Notes under the pieces: model-generated
Told to the model about the DNA's origin: nothing
What the model saw: only the letters and a program-made list of their open reading frames with translations
The model's database searches: none
Translations under genes and position numbers: made by a program
In this document: one piece after another, positions 49,698-62,526 of the stretch
How the letters are laid out: every line of letters starts with the position of its first letter
Position numbering within the stretch: the stretch's first letter is position 1
Source of the DNA: Isurus oxyrinchus
Taxonomy: Eukaryota
Reading direction: 5' to 3'
NCBI GenBank assembly: GCA_026770705.1
Contig: JANJGN010000101.1
Location: forward strand, 1,240,001-1,304,000
DNA: 64,000 bases

Positions 49698-50224
49698 CTA
49701 CACGCAACTCCTTGCAGAACGACCTAGAATATTAAACTTTGCTGCCTTATTGCAGTTCTGAACCTTGTTTTGTGGAAGTACAATTCGATTGAGAACCTGA
49801 GCCCTGCGGCAGAGAAATTGATTGAACATGAGAATCATCAGATGGCACAGCACAAAAGCAATTCATTCAACACCTCACACATGTGCGAACAGCCTTACAG
49901 CAAATCCGTCCCCAACTTTCTCTCTTTTTGCCGAGCCATGCACTTTTCAGAATATTATTCAAAACCTGGAGAAGTATAAATGTCACTGCATCCAGTTACT
50001 ATTTAACAACAAAAGGGAACGATGCAATCTTTCCTCACACTTAATTCTGTTAATGCTTCCACCCCATTTTCGCACGGGGAACCTTCTGTGGCGAGAGACC
50101 ATGATCTCTGTTACTCTACACAAACTCTGCAATGTTTCGGGGAAATTTTCCGTGTGTGAGAGAGTGTGATCCCTATTACCCTACACGAACCCTGCAATTT
50201 GAAGAGCCCAATTTAACATACAGA

Positions 50225-51285
50225 AGACAGACAGTCGGGATTATTCAGATTGGAAAGACGTAACTGGTGGAGTGCCATAAGGATCAGTCTCAGGGACTCA
50301 ATTATTCACTATCTATACTAATGACATGGAGGAGGGGGCAGAGTGTAATGTATCCAAATTTTCTGACGATATAAAAATCGGTGGGAGGTCAGGTTGTGAT
50401 GAGGACTTGAAGAATCTTCAAGGGGATATAGATAAGTTGAGTCAGTGGGCAAAGGTTGGCAGATGGAGTGTAATGTAGGAAAGTTTGAGATCATACACAT
50501 TGCTAGGAAGAATTGAAAGGCAGAATATTATTTAACTGGAGGGAGACTCCAAAAAAGTGCAGCACAGAGGGATCTGGGTGTTCCTATGCAAGAAACACAA
50601 AAGCTTGGCATGCAGGTGCAGCAAGTCATTAAGAAGGCAAATAGAATTTTATCCTGTTTTGCTCGTGGTTGGAGTTTAAAAATCGGGAAGTCTTGTTACA
50701 GGGTGTTGGTGAGGCCGCACCTGGAGTCCTGTGTACAGTTTTGGTCCCCATATTTAAGGAAGCATTTTTGGCATTGCAGGCAGTTCAAAAGCGATTCACT
50801 CGCCTGATTCCTGGGATGAAGGAGTTGACTAATCAAGAACTGTGAAGCAAGTGAAGACTTTATTCATTAGAGTTTAGAATACTGAGGGTTGATCTTATTA
50901 AAATGTGCAAGATTCTGAGGAGGTTGATAGGGTAGATGTTGAAAAGATGTTTCCACTAATGGGGGAACCTCCAGCGAGGGGACATAGTTACAGAATCGGA
51001 GGGCACTCATTTAAAACTGAGATGTGAAGGACTTTCTTCTCCCAGAGGGCAGTGTGTGTTTGGAATTCTCTACCCAAGACAGTTGTGGAGGCTAGCTCAC
51101 TGAGAGTATTTAAAGAGGAGTAGATAGATTTTTGAAATATCGGGGATTGAGGGCTATGAGGAGCTGGCAGGAAAGATGAGTTGAGACCTGGGGGAGAGTA
51201 GCCATGATCATATTGAATAGCGGGGTAGGCTAGAGGGGCCGATTGTCCGACTCCTGCTCCAATTTCTAATGTCCTTATGTTCTTA
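50225..51285 (+). mobile_element. CR1 LINE 3' fragment
   Basis: GVP*GSVSG...FSDDIK, LVRPHLESCVQFWSPYLRK, and a 3' tail aatgtccttatgttcttatg. Confidence 0.88.
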
Positions 51286-51374
51286 TGAAACTTGTCTCTG
51301 TTGAAAAAGGTCTGAAACAAAAATAAAAGACACAGGTAGCATAGATAAGCCACTTGTGAAGCGTGTAAGCAGCT

Positions 51375-51446
51375 TTCTTGGTGGTCTAGTGGTCAGGATT
51401 CAGTACTTTCATTGCTGTGGTCCAGGTTTGATTCCTGGTCAGGGAA
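51375..51446 (+). pseudogene. tRNA-Glu(TTC) pseudogene
   Basis: TTCTTGGTGGTCTAGTGGTCAGGATTCAGTACTTTCATTG...GGTTTGATTCCTGGTCAGGGAA, with CpG decay and a mutated B box. Confidence 0.75.
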
Positions 51447-52555
51447 TGGAGATTTATTGACTTCGTGCAAACTGTTAAAATGAGTCTGACTTGTTTCTTG
51501 ATTAAAAACAGAAGACGCTCATCTCTGCCAGAATCAGTGGAGTGAGAGCTGGAGTTCTCCCTCAGAGCTGGAAATATCACCCGTGCAACAGGTCGAGAAC
51601 AAATATAGAGGTGAAGATAGGGAATGAGATAAGGTCTGTGATAGGTTGCAAAACCCTAACCAGAGAGATGTTCGTGCAAGGCAAAATATAGCGGGAATAA
51701 GGGAGGCTTTACTGTTTACACTGACACAAATATCTCTCAGATCTTGTTCCAAATCTCGTGTTAAGTGAGATGAAAACTTTCCCCTGAATCTTCCCCATTT
51801 TAGCTGCACCTCCTTCCAAACATTGCAAACTCCTCCTGCATCTTCCATCCTGATATCTTTCTCTGTGAAATTTGAAACTAATGTCAATAAAGTTTGTGAT
51901 GGTAAAAATGTGAACTGAACCACCTTGACACACACAGAGGAACAAACACAGACATATACACCGAGAGTGACAAAGGGCATGGGATTGTCTCGAAGGAGGT
52001 ACAAACACCCAAAAATCAAGACTGACACCAACCTGGTTTCGTTTTTGTTCCATTTCCCGCTGCAACTTTTGTGAACGTTTGCAGACGAATAGAAATTAGA
52101 GAACGCTGGAGGTTTTAGATGGTTTTTATTCAACTTATTCCGACAATTAATTGTGCAGGTACACTATAAAATCCAGGAATGATAAGCAGCGTAATTAACA
52201 GGATCCCAGCCTACCTGTGGAGCTCCCAATGCATTCGAAACCTCTCATCTTAACCACTCAGTCACGAATCCAAGCCCCAGATTTGCATTAATGATGTTTG
52301 TATAAAATCACAGGTGGCTACATCAGACGGTTATTCACCATATCGTTTACATGCCGACTCTCTAGAAGAGCAACTCAACTACTGTAATTCCAGATCCCGC
52401 CTTTTCCCCAGAGCAACCGATATTTATATTGCCTCTCCTCGTTCTTCCTATCAAAATAAAACACCGCACACTCCGCTAGTGTGAGCTGGTATCTGTCGAT
52501 CTGTTGGTTTGAAAGGGGCTGCTGCAGATCCCAAAAGGTGGGGAACCTGAACGCT

Positions 52556-52638
52556 TGGCAGCGGTAGAACTGGACCTCACAGTTCTGTAGATACGGGAGC
52601 CTTAAATCCAGCGACTTAAACCGCTCGGCCACACTATC
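52556..52638 (-). pseudogene. tRNA-Leu (AAG/TAG family) pseudogene
   Basis: GATAGTGTGGCCGAGCGGTTTAAGTCGCTGGATTTAAGGCTCC...CTACCGCTGCCA. Confidence 0.7.
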
Positions 52639-54661
52639 ACGTTGCATATACCTGCTCATAATTCCCTTCACTGGTATTATCATCGAAATAGAACAGAAGC
52701 AAAGGAGAAGGAATAGGTCATTGGGAAACTGGAACCAGCTCCGCCAGTTAATCAGATCATCCTGCACTTTGTAACATACAGAAATCATCTCCACTATTAA
52801 CTTCATTATTTCAATGTTTCAAATAATGTGTTTTTTTTTCCTGTGGTGATTGTGCCTGTTTATTCAATGAAATTTTGGTAAAAGATATCCACTGAGGAAA
52901 ATGAGGAGATGATTGGTCAGAATAGACATTTGTTTTCTGAAAATTCGATTTGAACTCAACTATTTTTAAAATTTGAATAATTGTAAAAGAATTCAGAGTC
53001 CAACCCTTCATCTCAATGAGTCAGGGAATCTTTGTTAACTTTCACACACTGTGTATGGACACTGCAGAAGCTCCTGCACCTCTTTCAATATTGTTGTTCT
53101 TAACTCAGAGTTTTCAAAAGGGAATTGGACAATGATTTGAAAGGGAGAAAAAAAATCAGAGTTATGGAAAGAGACAGAGAAATTGAGATTAAGTCGAAAG
53201 CTCTTTGTGAAAAACTGACATCGATACTATGGGCCTCTTGTAGAGTTGTGCCTTTCGAAAATGACATTATGGGATCAGTTTTCTCCAGCATTCCCAAAGA
53301 GAACAGTCGAAATCAATTTCTTCAAAATAAAGGCTCAAAGTGCTGCTGCATGACGTCACCGCTTAACATTTTAGTGAGGCCCATTGAGCTTTTCTCCTGT
53401 CCCCTGTTTCTGCAGGGCAGTGGTTGTCATGTTTACCTCATATGTGAAGAGTTGCCTCGTTAGAGACTGGCCAGAACCATCATCAAAACTTGCAGATTGA
53501 AGTTTGTTGAAGACAGCAGGATGTGGACATGTGTCGTGGTCACTGTTTATCCTTCAACTAAGTTTATAAGATCTGCGCATTGTCAAGTCCCTGGCTTTGT
53601 GTGTTTGAGGAGCAGTGATTGGCAGCCGTGCTCCCTGCATGAAAACAATGACTCTCCTTCAGAAAGTACTTCAATAAAAGCAAAATACTGGAAATCTGAA
53701 ATAAAAACATTAAACGCAGGTATAACTCAGCAGGTCTGACAGCGTCTGTGGAAAACAAAACCTGCTGAGTTTCTCAATCATTTTCTGTTTTTATTTCAAA
53801 AAGTGCTTAATTGTCTTGAAAGTGGTTTCAGACACCGTTGGTCAGGAAAAGCGCTGTATAAATGCAAGTCTGTCTTTCCTTAACTCTCTTTAAATCCCAA
53901 TCCTGTGGTTACTGACCCCCATCAGTGGAAACAGTTTCTCCCTATCTGCACCATCAAGCTGCCTGTCCCCACTGCCCCCACCCACCTCATTTTGGACAGC
54001 TCAATGAAATCTCCACTTAAACTTCTTTGCTCTAAAGAGAACAATCCCGGTCTCTATAACCTCTCCACCAAACTGAATTTCCTCAACCCTGGAAATGATG
54101 CGTCTTGCATTGAGGGATTAAGATGTGATTTTGGAAAATATTGTCAGTTACCAGGTGGGAAAATTGAGAAGGAACCAAAACAGAAATCCCAGTCTCCAGC
54201 TTTGTGAATCTTTAGAAACTCTTTGGGAACCGGAATCAGAGGAGAATGAAGGGTGAACTGTCGGACTGAGCAGAGACAGTCAAGGTACCTTTCCCTTCTT
54301 TAAGACACAGGAACATTGACTCTGATGTTATCAGTGAAAGTAACTGATTTGAGACATTGAAAGGGTTCTCGTTACTGCACATCAGGAATTCAAACCTAAT
54401 TTCGGCTTCGGGACAATCAGAATACTTGGTATCAGTCAAGGAACGCAAAGGCTCGAAGGGAGACGTCACCAGTTGTAGGAGAGCTGGTTCCCGGTGACAG
54501 GGATGTCTCTGCAGTGGGTGGGATCAGACTGTTTCCATGTATCCACAATGAATGTCCCAACCTTTATTTTTGGAAGAGTGAAACTGGTAGAGACAATTGT
54601 CATTCCAGTAGCAGCAATCTGAAGACTTAACTGACTGATATCCTGCTTGAGGTCGTCATCA

Positions 54662-54682
54662 GTCTCTGTGGCGCAATTGGTC

Positions 54683-54718
<36 letters not shown>

Positions 54719-54735
54719 GAGACTACCCAGAGACG
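54662..54735 (+). tRNA. trnN-GTT: tRNA-Asn(GTT), apparently intact
   Basis: GTCTCTGTGGCGCAATTGGTCAGCGCGTTCGGCTGTTAACCGAAAGGTTGGTGGTTCGAGACTACCCAGAGACG. The acceptor and anticodon stems are perfect and a T-run terminator lies downstream. Confidence 0.92.
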
Positions 54736-55600
54736 AAATTTCCCCTTTTTTCCCCCATCAGCCTTCATTGTCACTCAGTTCCCGATTGTCATTGCCTGCT
54801 TAAGCTGAATGCCAAGACTCCGGAAATTTTGCCGGCTCCACTGTTATCCAGTGAGCTCCCTGGTAAGCGGCTTTTTTTCGAATATTAATTTCAAATATAA
54901 TGAGAAAACATTTAGATCTACCAAGCACTGATATCCAACACATTGGATATTTATGAAGTTATTGGATTCAAACAAACCCATCAATTATTCCCTCTTCCTC
55001 AGCTCCACAGTGAGTGAGACAGGGAAAAGCAGAAAAGCAGCAATATTCCGGCCCCGCACTCTCCAATCACCCGCAGCCAGCAGAAAGCAGCGACTGCAGC
55101 TTCAATCAGCAGTTATTGCCCATCCCTGGGACACGAGATACTCCAGCCCGGGCCAAACCTCCCAATACACGGAGCACAGGCTCAGGAAAGCACAAGTAGA
55201 TGATATCCCGCTCACTAAACCTCCGAGCAGCATTTACAGAATTCCCGAGTGAGTGAGTCACAAATAAAAGTCACACAAACTTTCTAATTCTTTTCACTGT
55301 AAAATTCCTTCATTTTATTGAAAAGCTGACTGTTGGGAATCTGAAAATGAGCACCATGGGATTTTTGTTACCGAGTGACTTGTTTTCCACTGATTATCCT
55401 TCAGTTTTGCAATTCAAATTATGTTGGATATTGAAGCGAATCTGTTTTCAAAATGAGGTCACAAAGCAGCTAAATATTAAATCCAGAAACAAATCCTGAG
55501 GAAAATTGATCAAAATGTTTGGAACGAGGTGCATCTGAAAAGCGGAAGCTGTGAATGATGTTATTGATGATTGAATGGAAGGCACTGGTACCTTGGTCAA

Positions 55601-55682
55601 AAATCGTGTCCCAGTGGTGAAAACAATGCTATTAAAATCCATTGGGGTTTCCCCAGGAAAATTCCAATCTTACCGACTGTGC
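55601..55682 (+). pseudogene. tRNA-Ser pseudogene
   Basis: Retains AAATCCATTGGGGTTTCCCC and an ...ACCGACTGTG end. Confidence 0.55.
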
Positions 55683-57050
55683 TTCTGATTTCAACCAGGT
55701 GTCCACAGAACTCTCGGATCAATGGAAGAAAAAACATCCAAAAATTCTCCTGATTTTTGGACTCTAAGGGAACGAAGGGCGATCGGGATCGGGTGGGAAT
55801 TTGGTCTTGAAGCTGGACATTCGCCATGATCTTATAAAGTGACGGAGGATGCTTGAGGGGCCTTATGACGTATTGTTGCTGCTTTGATTCTGTTCTATTT
55901 GAATAGCAATGCTAGGCAAGGCGATGGGCAGTAACAATGAAGCTCGGTTTGAAATACCACTTCCACTGCTGCCAAAATTGCCTGATTGGTCGAAAAAGTG
56001 GTTGCTCACACTTAAAGCAGGTGTGTACGGTGTTTCACTTTAACAGAAATTCTGAGAGACAATAAAATATAAATGGCAGTGGAGAAAAGGCGGGACTGTT
56101 GAATTAGCTGTGAAACTTGTGCAGGACAGATATTCGTCTCCAGCTCTTTCTGCCAGTCCAGGTCAATTAGCTGCTTGATGCAAACGCAGTCAGATGGTGC
56201 GAACGTAAAACTGAACGTGATCGGTTTACAGATAGCAGCGTGCAGAGACACCAGGATCTTCCTGATTCGCCCAAGTACTGATTACAGGTATGTGCACAGT
56301 GCCGATTATCCACAATCACACTTCCCTTCCAATCTTGTCCTAGTTGTTCAGCTTTGAAAATGCTCATATTTTCACTTTGGATGTCAATGTGAAGTAAGCA
56401 GAGCTGTGATATGCTTATATAGTTCAGCAGATGAACTGCAAGAAGTTATATAACAGGCAGATCACAGTGCTCTATGGACGCAGTGAGCTCCAGTGAAGGA
56501 TTCACACCATTAATATGTCGTTCAATTAGTCTCGTGACAAATCTCGTGCTGGAAATGACAAGAAATCTCGCTGAATTTCTTCCGTGCTTTGGTTCAAATC
56601 AGCCGAATACAAGATAGAAAGTACATCTCGCTCGAGTGGGTTATAAAATGGAAGAATGACCCGTGCTGTTCGGAAACATAAAATTATACAAAGTCACAGC
56701 ACAGGAAGAGGCCATTCGGCCGGGCGTGCTGCTTTCAAAGAGCAGTAGTGATTGGTTGATCCACCAGGAGTGATATTTATGTCAGTGCAAACAGTAGGCA
56801 GCAAAATTTGCCCTTCTCCCACCCATATTTTCCTGGCGCCACCATCTCTGTGGTCAGTGCTTTGCACCCAGCCCTTCTCTTGTCCTTCTTTCACTCCGCT
56901 TCTGTTTTTGTTCTCGACTTGTCCAAATATGACATTACCAACTCTGCGGCGAAACTTCAACTATCACTTCACTGATTCTGGTGGAGCTGTTAAATGGTTT
57001 CCATCAATAACTAATTAATACTCATTTTAACAAGATAAAAAAATCTACAT

Positions 57051-57122
57051 TCGCTGATTGGGAATCAAACTCAGGCTACTGTCAATAAAGTGTCGAACCC
57101 TGCCCACTCGAACACCGGGGAA
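57051..57122 (-). pseudogene. tRNA-Glu pseudogene
   Basis: The minus strand ends ...TGAGTTTGATTCCCAATCAGCGA and is heavily decayed. Confidence 0.5.
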
Positions 57123-57134
57123 GCTACTGCCTTA

Positions 57135-59525
57135 ATTTCCCTGTTCCTTTCACACACTGTAACCTGTCTCTCTCTGAACCTGCTGCACTCCATTCTCTCA
57201 GGTCCAACCCTGACATTGTTATCAAACCCGCTGACAAGGGTGCTGCTGTTGTTGTCTGGCGCACTGACCTCTACCTCGCGGAGGCTGAGCGCCAACTCGC
57301 AGACATTTCCTCCTACCTCTCCCTGGACCATGACCCCACCACTGAACATCAAGCCATTGTTTCCAGGACTGTCACTGACCTCATCTCCTCTGGGGATCTC
57401 CCTCCCACAGCTTCCAACCTCATAGTCTCCCAACCTTGGACGGCCCGTTTATACTTCCTGCCCAAAATCCACAAACAGGACTATCCGGGCAGACCGATCA
57501 TGTCAGCCTGTTCCTACCACACGGAAGTAATTTATTGCTATCTTGACTCCATTCTCTCTCCCCTTGTCCAGTCCCTTCCCACCTACATCCGTGATTCCTC
57601 TGACACCCTACATCATATCATCAATTTCCAGTTCCCTAGCCCCAACCGCCTCCTCTTCACCATGGACGTCAATCCCTCTACACCTCCATCCCCCACCGGG
57701 ATGCTTTGAGGGCCCTTAGCTTCTTCCTCGAACAGAGGCCCGAACAATCCCCATCCACCACTACTCTCCTCTGCCTGGCTTAACTTGTTCTCACGTTGAA
57801 CAATTTCTCCTTCAACTCCTCTCACTTCCTCCAAATAAAAGGTGTGGCTATGGGTACCCGCATGGGCCCCAGCTATGCCTGTGTCTTTATGGGGTATGTG
57901 GAAATGTCCTTGTTCCAGTCCTACTCCGGCCCCCTCCCACAACTTTTTCTCCGGTACATAGATGATTGCTTTGGTGCCACTTCATGCTCTCATCTGGACC
58001 TGGAAAAATTTATTAATTTTGCTGCCAATCTCCACCCCTCCATTATTTTCACGTGGTCCATCTCTGACACTTCCCTTCCCTTCCTTGACCTCTCTGTCTC
58101 AATCTCTGGTGATAGACTGTCCACCAATATCCATTACAAACCCACCGACTCCCACGGCTACCTCGACTACAGCTCCTCACACCCCGCTTCCTGTAAGGAC
58201 TCCATCCCATTCTCCCAGTTCCTTCGCCTCTGTCGCATCTGTTCCGATGATGCTACCTTCAAAAACAGTTCCTCTGACATGTCCTCCTTCTTCCTTAATT
58301 GAGGTTTCCACCCATGGTCACTGACAGGGCCCTCAACCGTGTCCGGCCCATCTCCCGTGCATCCGCCCTCACGCCTTCTCCTCCCTCCCAGAAACATGAT
58401 AGGGTCCCCCTTGTCCTCACCTATCACCCCACCAGCCTCCACATTCAAAGGACTATTCTCCACCAACTCCAGCATGATGCCAGCATCAAACACATCTTGC
58501 TTTCACACCACCACCACCACCCCTCCCGGCGGCATTCTGCAGAGATCGTTCCCTCCGGGACACCCTGGTCCACTTCTCCATTACCCCCTACACCTCAAGC
58601 CCCTCCCACGGCACCTTCCCATCCAATCACAAAACACTTGCCCCTTTACTTCCACCCTCCTCAACGTCCAATGGCCAAAATATTCCTTTCAAGTGAAGCA
58701 GCAGTTCACTAGCACTTCCCTCAATTTAGTCTACTGCATTTGATACTCCCAGTGCGGTTTCCTCAACATTGGAGAGACCAAACGCAGACTGGGTGACTGC
58801 TTTGCAGAACACCTTCAGTCTGTCTGCGAGCATGACCCAGACCTCCCTGTCGCTTGCCATTTCAACACACCACCCTGCTCTCTTGCCCACATGTCCGTCC
58901 TTGGTCTGCTGCAATGTTCCAGTGAAGCTCAATGCAAACTGGAGGAACAGCACCTCATCTTCCGATTTGGCACTTTACAGACTTCCAGACTGAATATTGC
59001 ATTCAAAAACTTTAGATCATGAACTCTCTCCTCCATCCCCACCCCTTTCTGATCCCCCTTTTTTTCCAGCAATTTATATATATTTTTTCTGTTCCCACCT
59101 ATTTCCTTTATTTTTAAATGTACTTCCATCCATTGTTTTATCTCTACTTTTTAGCCTATTTCGATCCCTTTCCCCCACCCCACCCGCACTAGGGCTATCT
59201 CTACCTTCCTCGTTCTGATTTCTACCCTTAATGTCACCTATTAGCACATTTCTTAGCTAATATCACCACCGTCAACAACATCCCTTTGTCCTTTTGTCTA
59301 TGACATCTCTTCTTTGCCTCCACATATCACTGCCCCCCGATCCAGCTCAACCTTCCCCAGCCCCCACTACCAGCTTATATTTCACCACATTTCTCCATTT
59401 CCTTAGTTCTGAAGAAGAGTCATATGGACTCGAAACGTCAACTGTATTCCTCTCCACAGATGCTGTCAGGCCTGCTGGGTTTTTCCAGGTAGCTTTGTTT
59501 TTCAGCACCCGCAGTACTTTGCTTT
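57135..59525 (+). mobile_element. Penelope-like retroelement (RT + GIY-YIG endonuclease, disrupted) with 3' terminal repeat
   Basis: KPADKG motif at about 57225, KGVAMGTRMGPSYA...RYIDD (ORF 57796-58302), PFSQFLRL.RICSD, LVYCI...IGETKRRL at about 58730-58800, and a terminal repeat at 59405-59525. Confidence 0.9.
59405..59443 (+). ncRNA. Minimal type-I hammerhead ribozyme motif in PLE terminal repeat
   Basis: AGTT-CTGAAGA-A-GAGTC(ATATG)GACTC-GAAAC-GTC-AACT: stem I, conserved core, stem II, palindromic ACGT in place of stem III, and a GUC cleavage triplet. Confidence 0.72.
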
Positions 59526-59529
59526 TAAC

Positions 59530-61575
59530 TGAGAGAGGGAAATCAATATGTTTCATTGAGATAGACGCTGTCTCACGTCGAGAGATGACAGAATTTAAGT
59601 GATTGTGGTGACAAACGTGCCCATCTTAGCAAAGAAATGGTTGGTAGGACATGAATTTCTAAACAAGAACACACAACAGGATATACTATCAATGAATATT
59701 TACATTATTAGACGATCTGTAGTTACAGTTTGAGTAAGAGAAAATAAAATAAAATGAAACATTCTGGTGAAGATAAATCTTTTATCTTTGTGGAATGAAG
59801 CAACATGATTTCTTTTCACACCGACACACAGAACAGGCGTTGTCTCATATGTAATATTGTTGGCTGTGATGATACTGAATATCAGGGGCTGCGCGGAACA
59901 GTCAAAACCTGTAGTTTTAGGCCAAAGTCAGAGGCACATTTTGAACTCAACGTTCACCTTATAGAAGCATAGAATAGTGTGGTAACAACAGAGAAAGAGC
60001 CTGGTGTGGTAATTACTGAGACAGGGCCTGGTGCAATTTAAGCAGAGGCATGACTAGAGAGGCCATCGAATGTTACTTAAGCAAAGACGTGACCTAGAGC
60101 ATGAATAACAGGGGCGAGGACGAGTGTGATATTAACATAGTCAATGTCTACTGCTGTAACAGCGGAGATGGGTCTAGTGCAATAGTTACCGATACAGGGC
60201 CTGGATCAACATCAAGTGAAATAGGGCAGTTATTACAGGCACAGGGCACAGAGTAATTGCTTCCCAGAGAGAGTCTAAGGCCGTAATATTGGAGACTGCC
60301 ACCAGTGTAAGAGAGACAGACATGATCTCGTGGAGTAAAAACAGAGAAAGGGAGAGTGGAATAGAAGCAGAGACAGAGGTACAAAGACAAAGTCTCTGCA
60401 AAGACAGGATCCATTTTAATTAAAAAGACAGACAAGGTCGAATGTAATACAGGCTGATAGAGAGTCTAGTGTAAATTGTTCTGAAATACGGTCTGGAGGA
60501 ACATAAGTGCAGACATGATTGAGTGTGTTATAAGCAGCGCCACGACCTAGTGAAACATAAGTGAGACAGTGCTGAGTGCAGTAATAATTGAGACAGGATC
60601 TTGTGCAATTTGAACCTGCCTAGTGTAGAGATAACACTGACTGGATCCAGTTTTAGAAAACTGATACACGGTCTAATGCAGCTTCACATAATTCAGGGCT
60701 CTTTTTAATATCAACCGATGCAGTGTCTGGTGAATTAAATACCGGCAAAGGTACGAGATCAATAAAAGCAGAGACCTACCCTAGTACAGCAACAAGAGAG
60801 TAATGGTTTTGGTCAATAACACCAGAAACAGGGAATTGTGTGATATGAATGGAGGCATGTATTGGTGCAGCATCACCTGAGACAGGGTCCAGTTGGATAG
60901 AGACGTGGCAGGTTCTACTGGAGTAATAGCTGAGACAGAGTCTTCTGAAATGGAAATAAAAACATGTTATAGTTTTCTATAATCAGAGACAAGCTCTAGT
61001 GCAGTGCCTACTGGGGCATGGCTTATTGTAATTTTAGCCGAGACCTGCTTCAGTGCAGTCATGACTGAGATAGTGCCAACTGCATTGTGGCCATATTCCA
61101 GTACATAAACAACTGTGACTGAGCCAATTATAGAAACAACTGAGAGATGACCTTCTCTAATATGATCAGAGTCATGACCTAGTGTAATAGAAACAGAAAC
61201 GGCGTCTAATTTAATATGAACAGAGACAGTGCCAAATGCAGTAATAATTGAGACAGTGCCTGCTTCATGCGATGTGGGCAATCATGGCTACACTGCCACC
61301 CATTGGTCAATCTATGCTACTGCAGGTGTTGTGAAAATGGCGATTGAATTTACTGTTTCTGAGATCATTCGTTAAAATCAGAAATAATGGAAAACATAGT
61401 CGACAGGATTTGAACCTGCGTATGGTAACCCAAATGGATTTCAAGTCCATCGCCTTAACCACTCGGCTACGACTACAGATGTTAACATTAAGCCTGTTTT
61501 ATTTATATGAAGTCATAGAATGGTACAGCAGACGAAGAGGGGCTTCTCCCCGCCCTGTCTCTGTCACAACCTAGC
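59530..61575 (+). repeat. Segmental duplication copy 2 (spacer + 27-bp array + tRNA-Ser)
   Basis: Collinear with 35975-38020. Confidence 0.9.
61395..61476 (-). tRNA. trnS-TGA: tRNA-Ser(TGA), variable arm mutated
   Basis: GTAGTCGTAGCCGAGTGGTTAAGGCGATGGACTTGAAATCCATTTGGGTTACCATACGCAGGTTCAAATCCTGTCGACTATG. Confidence 0.78.
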
Positions 61576-62445
61576 CGGGCATGCACACGCATTATTTCCG
61601 ATGTGGAAATTCAGGAAGATCAATGTTGTTTCCGCCTCGAGCCTCAGCTTGCTCTGAATTTCAAACTGTGGAAGGTAATCGACCTGCAAAATCCACAAGG
61701 TTGCAATGCATTCCTCTCAATCATCAAAAACATCATTCAAATCTTCCACTTCTTTGCTGCATCTCCTTCCAAATATTGCAAACTCCACTTGCATCGTCCA
61801 TCCTGATATTGTTCTCTTTGACATTTTAATATGATGTTGCACAACCAATGTTAATCAAGTTTGTGTTGGTGAATATGTGTCTATCCCCTCGGGGAACTGA
61901 ACCACATTGACACACACAGAGGAACACACACTGACACATACAACGAGAGTGACAGAGGCCGATGGAGTGTCAAACACCCAGAAAGCAATGATGTCACCAA
62001 CTTGGCCAATTATTGTTCATTTCAGACTGCAAATGTAGTGAATATTTGCAGATGAACTGAAGTCAGAAACACCGGGGTATTTGGGTGGTTTTCTTTATCA
62101 TTTGATCGAAATTTATTCTGCAGACAGTTTGTGTCAATCAGGAATGAGAAGAAGGGGAGTTGGCAGGATTGCAACCACGTGGAAAAACGCCTGAACCACT
62201 CGGCCAGGACAACTGCGGAAAGGCTGCATGTTGTTTGTTTAAAATAATAGAATGAATACAGGGAGTTCCAGTGAAAGAAGATCTTCCAGTCCGTGCCATT
62301 GTCCCACCTTTTCCCAGTCACCCTGGGATTTACACTGTCTCTCCTCATTCTCCCAACTGAAATACAACTATGCACAGCTCAGCTGCTCCTTCACCACACA
62401 GAGAATCTTTTGGAAGCGTCTCAAATAACAAAGCATCAGAAAGTT

Positions 62446-62526
62446 TGACAGCGGTGGGAGTAAAGCCCAAATCACCAGAGAGATCAAAACCTGAACCAAC
62501 GGCTGAGCCCGCTCGGCCTCACTACC
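62446..62526 (-). pseudogene. tRNA-Leu pseudogene
   Basis: GGTAGTGAGGCCGAGCGG...CTCCCACCGCTGTCA. Confidence 0.55.
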
